From Acaryochloris marina S15 (lineage in GTDB: Bacteria; Cyanobacteriota; Cyanobacteriia; Thermosynechococcales; Thermosynechococcaceae): a stretch of 32,000 nucleotides of DNA. A program made the position numbers and the translations under genes. Numbering within the stretch: position 1 is the stretch's first letter; each line of letters starts with the position of its first letter. Shown here one piece after another: positions 8,568-16,515 of this stretch. The notes beneath the pieces were generated by a model, which saw nothing but the letters and a program-made list of their open reading frames with translations, was not told where the DNA came from and made no database searches. The stretch spans positions 5,010,001 to 5,042,000 of the forward strand of contig NZ_CP064923.1 in NCBI RefSeq assembly GCF_018336915.1. The letters run 5' to 3'.

Positions 8568-9632
8568 ATGATGGTGTCTAAAAGCCCCGAAGAAAAAAAG
8601 CGGGAGCAGCAGCGCATGCAGGATGTATTAGTCCTGCTACAACATTTAACTGAAAATGAAGAAACCACGATCAAGCTGATTATTGAGTGCCTTTACGATG
8701 TGGGGGCCGTTAATTTCATTAATAAAAAGGTTCAAAACGATTCTATAAACCAATTCACTAAGACCCTGGCAGGAATGTCAAAGCCTATCGCTAAACGCTA
8801 TGGCTACTACTGGTTTAAGAAAAATTGTCCTGAATTAATTGTGAATTGGCTAACGCGGAAAGTCGCTTTCCCTACCCCAAAAGCCAAAACCGTTCAGCCG
8901 CAAGAGACGGCCCCCAAGGTTGACCCCGCTCCGATCTCGACAGACAAAGCATTCCCAGCTGATCAAACACCTCCAAGCCAGTTAGACGAGACTTCCATCC
9001 CAGAGGAATCGGCCACATCTGCAGGAACGGCTATCCTCCAAGGGAAAGCACCTGGCATATCAATCGCTCCCATGAACGGTGCAACAGACAGGCAAGAAGA
9101 CCAACCCCAGGTAATAGCCTCTTCTGCTGATGGTTTACAAGCTGAGCCACAATCCTCAGGCAGCGAGAATGCCGTTGATCAGCATCCTCCAAACTCACCC
9201 ACCTACGGAACAGATACAACACCAAACAAAGCAGCGGAGCCTGAAGTAGAAAGCATCTCTATAAATCCGCTTATATCAGCCGAGTCTGCTGCTCCAAGCG
9301 AACCCGAGTTCCCTATAGAGAATCAACCATCATCTGATACTTTGCCAACATCGATGGAGAAAAACATCACCCAAACTCGTCCATTAAAAACTCAAAACAA
9401 AGTATTGATGGAGTCGTTTAAGGTTACAGCTTTGCCAACACCAATGGAGCAAAAAACGACTCAAATTCGTCGATTAAAAACTCAAAACAAGGTATTGCTG
9501 GGGTCGTTAGCAGGAACAATTTTGGCGGGTGGATTAGCGATTTGGCAATTACATGCCACTCAGCAAAGTGCTTTACAGCTCCACCAATCCACACCGTCAT
9601 CCATTGTGCCTGCTAGCCAATCCGTAAAGTAA
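8568..9632 (+). CDS. Hypothetical protein: structured N-terminal domain, about 200-aa P/S/Q/E-rich disordered region, 30-aa tandem duplication, C-terminal TM helix
   Basis: The track ORF starts at TTG 8463; the first ATG pair is at 8568 (MMVSKSPEEKKREQQ). The C-terminal hydrophobic segment is LLGSLAGTILAGGLAIW. No family recognised. Confidence 0.5.
   Translation: MMVSKSPEEKKREQQRMQDVLVLLQHLTENEETTIKLIIECLYDVGAVNFINKKVQNDSINQFTKTLAGMSKPIAKRYGYYWFKKNCPELIVNWLTRKVAFPTPKAKTVQPQETAPKVDPAPISTDKAFPADQTPPSQLDETSIPEESATSAGTAILQGKAPGISIAPMNGATDRQEDQPQVIASSADGLQAEPQSSGSENAVDQHPPNSPTYGTDTTPNKAAEPEVESISINPLISAESAAPSEPEFPIENQPSSDTLPTSMEKNITQTRPLKTQNKVLMESFKVTALPTPMEQKTTQIRRLKTQNKVLLGSLAGTILAGGLAIWQLHATQQSALQLHQSTPSSIVPASQSVK
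9340..9519 (+). repeat. Two tandem, imperfect copies of a 90-bp unit inside the 8568-9632 CDS
   Basis: ctttgccaacatcgatggagaaaaacatcacccaaactcgtccattaaaaactcaaaacaaagtattg... (9340-9429) versus ctttgccaacaccaatggagcaaaaaacgactcaaattcgtcgattaaaaactcaaaacaaggtattg... (9430 onward). The encoded peptides are LPTSMEKNITQTRPLKTQNKVL and LPTPMEQKTTQIRRLKTQNKVL. Confidence 0.85.
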
Positions 9633-9635
9633 GCG

Positions 9636-12356
9636 TTACTGATAGCTGTCCAACCAAGGCTGAACATCGATGGCTAGCTTGCGGCCCAACTGGAGAAGTT
9701 GGCGCATTTGATCCATCGACAATGGATCATCCTGAGATAGATCCTGCCCCGATCTAGAATCGTTGTTCTGCGCCAACAATTGAGCTTGAGTGATAGCTTG
9801 ACTGTGATTCAAGAGGGTCATCTGCTCTTGCAGACAACGTAAGTAAAGTTCTTGAGCCCGGTCAAGATGGATATCGAGCTGAAGTTGATGGACCAAATTG
9901 AGCAAGGTTTGTAGACGCTGAATCCGATGGGGAGATAAGTCCACCTCAACATGATGGAACAGTTGCCATAACAGACGAAGAATTAAATCTTCGAGTAAGG
10001 GGTAGACGGCATCCAGCTTGAGACGACAACCCGCTTGCTCCGCTTCGGTTGCGATCGCAGCGAGTTCTGCCAAATAACTGGCTCCCACCTGGGAGGTTTC
10101 TAGCTCTGGATCACTCATCTCCTTTTCTAGCCCTTTAAGGGTATTTAAGGCACGATGGTTAAGGGCAACTTGAGCGGCCGTTAGCAATTCAGGAGGCACT
10201 TCCAGGTCATCGTATTGGAAGGCCATCAATACCCCATAGTTATCTCGATAAACTTGGGTATAGAGCTGATTGAGGCGACTTAAGGTCTCTTGGGAGAGGA
10301 GAGAGATAATCCGATGACGCTCTTCGGGTAGAAGGTCATGGAGGCCATAGTGCTGATGACCAAAGGTATCGGATATGGCCAACACAATATTAGTGGCACT
10401 GGCCTGTTGCAGGGTATTAAACAACTTGGCCTTCATCTCACCATAGTGCTTGCGGCCACTAAAGAGCTGCACGCCACAATGAAAGTCCCAGCCACCTAAA
10501 TGGAGAACGCAAAACACCAGATGTTCTGATTCAGACGTGACATTGGAGGTGAGCTGCAGTTGGCCAATAGCTAAGGAAAGGGAGCCTAAGCGCTGAATCT
10601 GATAATCAACCTGCTCCGCTTGGTAGGAGAAATAGGGGTGCTGTGGGGGATAGGGATTGAACAGCGAGGTGATGGCATAGTGGGCAGCCACAGCCTGTAC
10701 GTCAATTTGAGATGGAATCACCAGCTGCTGGTATACACCTGCTCCCGTCTCAAATAGATCAACATTGCTGGGGGCTAAAGCCAAGCGCTTTATGAACTCG
10801 GGCTCTAGGCTGATCCCAGCGACATCCGCTGCTAAGTCAACCGCACGAGCTGCATATCGGAGAATTTGCACCCCTTCTGGTCGTGAGAGTTCGGCAAAGA
10901 ACCAACCACAACTGGTATACATCAGCAGGCTATGGCGCTGCATCTCCAATAACCGCAAGGCATCTACCCGCTCTTCTAGAGAGAGTTCATGATTTTGGTG
11001 GGTATTGAGGAAGGCTTGAAGGGGATCAGTCCCTGCAGATGGATCGAGCTGCGCCTGTTGAGGGAACTGTCCCATAATCTCGATATAGCGATTCCGGGTT
11101 TCCCAGGGATCTTCAAACAGGAGCGTACCCAGTTCTTGATAGATATCGCTAAGCTGATCCCGTAGCCAATCTAAGGCATCTCTTAAAGGACGGCGCCATT
11201 TTTGATGCCAAAGGCTGCCTTCTCCACCACACCCACAGTCATCTTGCCAACGATCGACCCCATGACCACAGCTCCAGGCGGTCACAGGTTTGAGCTGAAC
11301 TTCCCAAGTGGGAGGATGCAGACTCAAGTAATGGGCATAGTTGGTGACGGTCCATCCCAATTGGGGGAAGGTATCGTGAAACGCATAGGCGATCGCTTTT
11401 TCCGTATCGCGTTTGTGGTGCCCAAAGGTTTCACCATCTGTGGCAATAGAAATTAGTTGAGACGGCTTGCGATCAGACCGTACCGCCTGCCCCAATCGAT
11501 TGGCCAAATTCTGAGAACTACTGAGTACCGCATTAAAGCCAATGTCCCGAGAGATAGGGCCATCGTAAAAGAAAATATCGATGTAGCGATCTCGATCTCC
11601 TGGAAGGTAACAGCGATAGGGGCGCGTCGGGTCAATCTGCCCCCCACCCACTTCTTCCCAGTCAGGCGTATCGTTGGTATCGCTAGCAATACCAGGTATC
11701 GGACGGCAGCGTTGCGCTTGGGAGGGGGCCAAAATAATAAACCGAATCCCTTCCTCAATCAGCACCTCAATGGTGGCCTGGTCGACAGCGGCCTCTGCCA
11801 GCCACATGCCCTCAGGGTCCCGGCCAAACCGGGCTTGAAAATCTGCTTTCCCCCATCGCACTTGGGTCACCTTGTCCTGGTGGTTGGCCAAAGGCATGAT
11901 GATGTGGTTATATACCTGTGCGATCCCATTGCCGTGGCCTTGCAGTCGTTCACAGCTCTTGCGATCTGCCTCAATGATGCGCTGGTAAACCTCTGTATCG
12001 TAGGTTTCCAACCAGCTCATCAAAGTGGGACCAATATTGAAGCTGAGATATTCAAAATTATTGACGATGTTGACGACTTCGCCTTGGTCGTTAAAAATGC
12101 GAGCAAACGCATTGGGGCGATAGCACTCGTGATAAATGCGCTCATTCCAGTCATGGAAAGGCGCAGCACTCGATTGCCGTTCGATAGTGCCTAAATAAGG
12201 ATTCTCTCGAGGAGGCTGATAAAAATGACCATGTAAGGTCACATAAACGCCCTCAGCTTTCTCTAATGGATTAGCTTGAGATCGTAACGGAGTAGGGACA
12301 TCAAAGGTCGCCTTTTCCTGTCCCGTATTCTCAGGAATATAAGAAGTTGTATTCAT
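9636..12356 (-). CDS. Glycoside hydrolase family 57 protein (GH57 catalytic domain plus a long C-terminal domain)
   Basis: GH57 conserved regions LHGHFYQPPRENP, GMWLAEAAVD (nucleophile Glu region) and ATDGETFGHH (acid/base Asp region). The track ORF starts at 12434; I prefer the ATG at 12356 (MNTTSYIPEN). Confidence 0.8.
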   Translation of the reverse strand: MNTTSYIPENTGQEKATFDVPTPLRSQANPLEKAEGVYVTLHGHFYQPPRENPYLGTIERQSSAAPFHDWNERIYHECYRPNAFARIFNDQGEVVNIVNNFEYLSFNIGPTLMSWLETYDTEVYQRIIEADRKSCERLQGHGNGIAQVYNHIIMPLANHQDKVTQVRWGKADFQARFGRDPEGMWLAEAAVDQATIEVLIEEGIRFIILAPSQAQRCRPIPGIASDTNDTPDWEEVGGGQIDPTRPYRCYLPGDRDRYIDIFFYDGPISRDIGFNAVLSSSQNLANRLGQAVRSDRKPSQLISIATDGETFGHHKRDTEKAIAYAFHDTFPQLGWTVTNYAHYLSLHPPTWEVQLKPVTAWSCGHGVDRWQDDCGCGGEGSLWHQKWRRPLRDALDWLRDQLSDIYQELGTLLFEDPWETRNRYIEIMGQFPQQAQLDPSAGTDPLQAFLNTHQNHELSLEERVDALRLLEMQRHSLLMYTSCGWFFAELSRPEGVQILRYAARAVDLAADVAGISLEPEFIKRLALAPSNVDLFETGAGVYQQLVIPSQIDVQAVAAHYAITSLFNPYPPQHPYFSYQAEQVDYQIQRLGSLSLAIGQLQLTSNVTSESEHLVFCVLHLGGWDFHCGVQLFSGRKHYGEMKAKLFNTLQQASATNIVLAISDTFGHQHYGLHDLLPEERHRIISLLSQETLSRLNQLYTQVYRDNYGVLMAFQYDDLEVPPELLTAAQVALNHRALNTLKGLEKEMSDPELETSQVGASYLAELAAIATEAEQAGCRLKLDAVYPLLEDLILRLLWQLFHHVEVDLSPHRIQRLQTLLNLVHQLQLDIHLDRAQELYLRCLQEQMTLLNHSQAITQAQLLAQNNDSRSGQDLSQDDPLSMDQMRQLLQLGRKLAIDVQPWLDSYQ

Positions 12357-12786
12357 ATCAAAAAAACCGCCGTGGATGAAGAGATTTAGCGTTGATGCGG
12401 AATGATTAAGCGCTCGCTTGAAGCTGGATTCCAAACCTGAACATCCAGATCAGTTTGAATAGTGAGGATGCAGCGAAGCCAAAAGAAAAATAATGGATGG
12501 GTCCTTTATGTAGTGAAGCCGGACGTAGTATTGATTAGATTCTATGGAGGCAAAGAAACTGCTAACCTGTCTGTGGCTATAACCTAGGCGATCCCATTTG
12601 GGAATAGGGGAATTTGCAAGATATCTTAAGAGTTTATTCGGGCATTATGGGTAAAGTCTTTATATTTACTATGGGATCAGCTCGATTCCCACCAAAATGC
12701 TCCTGATGACCTCAAACCAATCACCGGGAAACCCAATTTTTCCAAATTGATTTTGATGTACTTGTAAACCCAAATCATCTGCAATT

Positions 12787-13875
12787 GTGACTCTCAAAAA
12801 TCGAATTTTTATTGTCTTACTGCTGTTTATCCCTGTCTCCATTGCAGCAGACCTTTTAGAGTGGGGACCGCTCCCGCTGTTTGCGACTTCAGCGCTAGCC
12901 ATTGTGCCTTTAGCAGCATGGATGGGAGCAGCGACGGAAGAAATTGCTGTAGTTATTGGTCCTTCAGCAGGTGGCCTGCTTAATGCAACCTTTGGCAATG
13001 CAACTGAACTGATCATTGCTTTTATTGCACTGCAGGCCGGATTGGTTGATGTGGTCAAAGCCAGTATTACCGGTTCTATTCTGGGCAACTTGCTATTGGT
13101 GATGGGACTGTCCATGTTGCTGGGTGGACTCCGCTACAAAGAACAGACCTTTCAGCCCGTTGTTGCTCGTGTCAATGCATCATCAATGAACTTAGCCGTC
13201 ATTGCGATTCTGTTGCCAACGGCCATTAAGTTCTCGGCAGAAGGCATCGAGAGTCAGGTTCTTCAGAATCTTTCCATTGCCGTCGCCATCGTGCTGATTG
13301 GTGTCTATGGCTTAACCCTCCTGTTCTCCATGAAAACCCACACCTACTTGTTTGATGTCGGGGTTGCGGGAATGGAGTCAGAAGAAGAAGAGACCCATGA
13401 AGAAGGTTCTAGTAACCTACGACTATGGATTGGTGTGTTGCTAGCAGCCACCCTAGCGGTTGCCGTTGAATCCGAATTTTTAGTAGGTAGCTTAGAAGCG
13501 GCCACCGAGCAACTGGGATTGACCCCCCTATTCACCGGGGTGATTTTACTGCCCATTATTGGCAACGCCGCTGAGCATGCCACCGCCGTCACCGTGGCCA
13601 TGAAAGACAAGATGGATTTGTCTGTGTCCGTCGCCGTCGGCTCCAGTATGCAAATTGCTCTATTTGTGGCACCTGCTTTAGTTTTAGCGGGCTGGGTGAT
13701 TGGTCAACCCATGGACTTGGACTTTAATCCTTTTGAATTAGTCGCGGTTGCCGTATCGGTATTGATTGCCAATTCCATTAGCTCAGACGGTCAGTCCAAC
13801 TGGTTGGAAGGAACATTGCTCCTAGCCACCTATGCGGTGTTAGGATTAGCCTTTTATTTTCATCCCATAACCTGA
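12787..13875 (+). CDS. cax: Ca2+/H+ antiporter (CaCA/CAX family)
   Basis: Two alpha-repeat signatures, GNATELIIA and GNAAEHATAV, in a protein of about 11 TM helices with an acidic central loop (ESEEEETHEE). GTG start at 12787. Confidence 0.85.
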   Translation: MTLKNRIFIVLLLFIPVSIAADLLEWGPLPLFATSALAIVPLAAWMGAATEEIAVVIGPSAGGLLNATFGNATELIIAFIALQAGLVDVVKASITGSILGNLLLVMGLSMLLGGLRYKEQTFQPVVARVNASSMNLAVIAILLPTAIKFSAEGIESQVLQNLSIAVAIVLIGVYGLTLLFSMKTHTYLFDVGVAGMESEEEETHEEGSSNLRLWIGVLLAATLAVAVESEFLVGSLEAATEQLGLTPLFTGVILLPIIGNAAEHATAVTVAMKDKMDLSVSVAVGSSMQIALFVAPALVLAGWVIGQPMDLDFNPFELVAVAVSVLIANSISSDGQSNWLEGTLLLATYAVLGLAFYFHPIT

Positions 13876-13882
13876 TCATCCC

Positions 13883-16270
13883 TTAAGAATCTGGCGTCAC
13901 CACATACTCAGACTCAATCGGTTCTAGCCGCCCTGATTGCACCAGCGCTTGGTAAATCATGGCGGCGACTTCTGCCCGAGTCGCATTGGTCTCTGGTGTG
14001 AGGAGCCCTGGATCAGGATGACTAACCACAATGCTTTCTTGGGTTGAGGCCGCAATTTTGCCTTTTGACCAATCAGGGAGTTGGCCCTGATCTTGAAAAC
14101 GCTGCAGGCTAGAGTCTGGAGATGTGGGAATCTCTAGTTCTAGGCCACTCACTAAAGCGACTAGCACCTCATAACGAGGCACAAGCTTATCCGGTTGGAA
14201 ATCTCCTTCCGGATATCCGCTCATAAATTTCTTATCCACCGCTCCTTCAATGGCGTCTGCAGCCCAATAATCCGTCGCGATATCAGAGAAAGTCAAAGAG
14301 CGCTGCCCAGGTTCATCAACAAAAGCCCGTTGAATTTGGGCCGCTAATTCTGCCCGAGTTACCGGCTTGTCCGGCTGAAACTTGCCATCAGGGTAATCCG
14401 GAATAATCCCTTGAGCATGGAGCTTCGCAATAAAAGGATAGGCCCAATGATCCTCAGGAACATCAGAAATATCAAGCTGTGAGGGAATCACCTCAGGCGC
14501 ACCAATACCGCCGATTGCCTCTGTAGGACTAGGAACGACTGCTGTTTGATTGGTGGGCGGCTGTCCAGGCGTATTCGCACCGGCAGGAGCATCCTCGCTA
14601 GCAGTAGGAGCACTGGCAATAGGCGAGTTGCCTGGGCTATTGCCAGATTGATTAGGGTTCAGAGGCGAAGAAGATACCAATGGATCAGAAGTCGGTGTTT
14701 GAGAAGGTTCCTGCTGATTGCCAGTCACTCCAAAATAAGTAATGGTGCCTAAAGTTGACATGGCGACCAATAAACCAACGGCCTGAACGCGGTTAAGGGG
14801 TAACTTATCGCTTAACGCGCCTAAATCACCTGCATTTGCTCCAGAAGAAGAACGGGTTGAAGAGGCTGCGCCTACAGCCACAGGAGCTGGTGCTGGCACA
14901 GGAGCTGGTGCTGGTGCAGAGGCAACCTCAGGTTCACCATCACTTTCTAAGGCGGGTATGGACTCAAGTCCATCCGCTTCAGGCATGGCAACACTATCGC
15001 CTGTTACCCCTCCTAACGGAGGTATGACAGCAGGGATATCAGCTGCGGAGCTATCTGGTTCAACAGGATCACTGGGATCAGAGTCTGCTTCACTCGTAGG
15101 AACTTCTGCCATATCAGAACTGATAAACCCTGCACTGGGCGCTAAAGGCGTTGCCTCACTGTCTAGGGGAGTTCCTGGATCGATGGAGAATGATGAATCC
15201 GCTACAGGTAAGTCATCACTCGTAGGAGAATCTTCACCCACTGTTAAGGGTTGATCTTCTGGCGTTGATAGTTCTTCTATCCCAGGTTCCACCACTGGTA
15301 TTTCAGCACCAGCAGACACATCGACCGCAAAATCAGCCACGGGAGGACTATCGGATCCTGAGAAATCTGTCGTTTCTGGGGTCGAAATTTCTGGTATCAC
15401 CTCTTCAGGGTGAGCAGGCTCGACTTCATCCGTCCAAGGATCAGGCAGTGGACTCTCGTCTGGCGTGGAATCTAGAGATATGAGCTCTTCAACAGGCTCA
15501 CTGATGGTTGGAACGTCAGGTGGCTGAATTAGGGTTGGTTCTCCAATCTCTGCGCTCAGTGGGGTAATAGGCTGTTGTGGTTCAGCAGCTTGTTCAGCCC
15601 AAGGATCAGAAAGGGTATCTGCTGCACTGGTCGATGCTGCGATGTCTGGGAGACTGGGGTCTGATGGCTCACCGACTTCAGGATTTAAATCGACAGGCAG
15701 CTCACCTGAAGAAGTGGCAAAAGGATCAGACAAAATATCGGCTGACTCTGCTGATGCTGCGGCAGCTATATCGGGCAGATCGGGGTCTGGTAGATCACTG
15801 ACCTCAGGGGTGAGATCTCCAGGCCTGTCCAAGTCACCCAGGATAGGAGAGCTAAAGTCTGATGGCGTCTCTGACCAGGCATCAAGAGGCTGAGTTCCTT
15901 CATCCTCTCCAACTAGTGGCAGTTCAGGCGAATCAGCCGATTCCAAACTATCGCCAATGGCACTCAGCTCTTCTAAGGGTGGCGTTTCTACATCTGGCCC
16001 CATCTGAATCATTGTCGTATCGCCGAGAATGGATCCCAGCTCTTCCGGGGCAGACGGGGGTTCAGTGGGTGCCTCAGACCAGGAGTCTAAATCCGGTAGA
16101 GAGGCAGGCTCATCGGTGGCAGGGGTATCTCCTAACAGTTCTGACAACGAGTCAAATAACTCGTCAGAAATAGGGCCTGAATCGGCACTCTGAGCACTAC
16201 TAGGATCCGAGCCTGGTTCTGAAGAAGGGATTCCACCTGATTCAGAGTTCGGATCGTTAGGATTAACCAT
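13883..16270 (-). CDS. SLH-domain protein: about 490-aa acidic disordered N-terminus, single TM helix, P/S/T/N-rich linker, three C-terminal SLH domains
   Basis: C-terminal SLH units: DVPEDHWAYPFIAKLHAQGIIPDYPDGKFQPDKPVTRAELAAQI, DIATDYWAADAIEGAVDKKFMSGYPEGDFQPDKLVPRYEVLVAL and LPDWSKGKIAAS...TNATRAEVAAMIYQAL. TM segment VQAVGLLVAMSTLGTITYFGV. The N-terminus has no signal peptide. Confidence 0.8.
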   Translation of the reverse strand: MVNPNDPNSESGGIPSSEPGSDPSSAQSADSGPISDELFDSLSELLGDTPATDEPASLPDLDSWSEAPTEPPSAPEELGSILGDTTMIQMGPDVETPPLEELSAIGDSLESADSPELPLVGEDEGTQPLDAWSETPSDFSSPILGDLDRPGDLTPEVSDLPDPDLPDIAAAASAESADILSDPFATSSGELPVDLNPEVGEPSDPSLPDIAASTSAADTLSDPWAEQAAEPQQPITPLSAEIGEPTLIQPPDVPTISEPVEELISLDSTPDESPLPDPWTDEVEPAHPEEVIPEISTPETTDFSGSDSPPVADFAVDVSAGAEIPVVEPGIEELSTPEDQPLTVGEDSPTSDDLPVADSSFSIDPGTPLDSEATPLAPSAGFISSDMAEVPTSEADSDPSDPVEPDSSAADIPAVIPPLGGVTGDSVAMPEADGLESIPALESDGEPEVASAPAPAPVPAPAPVAVGAASSTRSSSGANAGDLGALSDKLPLNRVQAVGLLVAMSTLGTITYFGVTGNQQEPSQTPTSDPLVSSSPLNPNQSGNSPGNSPIASAPTASEDAPAGANTPGQPPTNQTAVVPSPTEAIGGIGAPEVIPSQLDISDVPEDHWAYPFIAKLHAQGIIPDYPDGKFQPDKPVTRAELAAQIQRAFVDEPGQRSLTFSDIATDYWAADAIEGAVDKKFMSGYPEGDFQPDKLVPRYEVLVALVSGLELEIPTSPDSSLQRFQDQGQLPDWSKGKIAASTQESIVVSHPDPGLLTPETNATRAEVAAMIYQALVQSGRLEPIESEYVVTPDS

Positions 16271-16515
16271 AATATTGAGCCGTTTTTAGGGTTTAATCTT
16301 TGGCAACCATCCTACAGGGGGACTGAAGATGCGATCGCACCTTCGCACATTCTTTTTAGAATTCATGGACACAAATTGTCAGTTTGTAAAGTCATTTGTG
16401 AACATTAAAAACGAACGTTAGATTAGGTAATTTGCCCATTACTCTTGACGATTCAGCTCAGTCACTCATTTAATAATCATCATTGCGAGAATAATCCTTA
16501 AGGATTGACCGAAGT

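Noticed and set aside
11457-12194. A 245-aa plus-strand ORF, and other ORFs (10765-10992 and 11202-11456 on the plus strand; 11453-11758 on the minus strand in another frame), within the GH57 gene
   Set aside because: The minus-strand frame carries the GH57 catalytic motifs continuously across this region. The antisense products have no motifs and their composition is typical of shadow ORFs.
12669-13115. A 148-aa minus-strand ORF overlapping the start of the cax gene
   Set aside because: It is antisense to the first four TM helices of a well-supported CaCA antiporter. Its sequence is a shadow of hydrophobic codons.
14546-16173. Seven plus-strand ORFs (63-103 aa) antisense to the SLH-protein gene
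   Set aside because: All fall inside the low-complexity acidic/proline region of the 795-aa minus-strand gene. They are R/S/G/Q-rich mirror products with no recognisable motifs, and they overlap one another in different frames.
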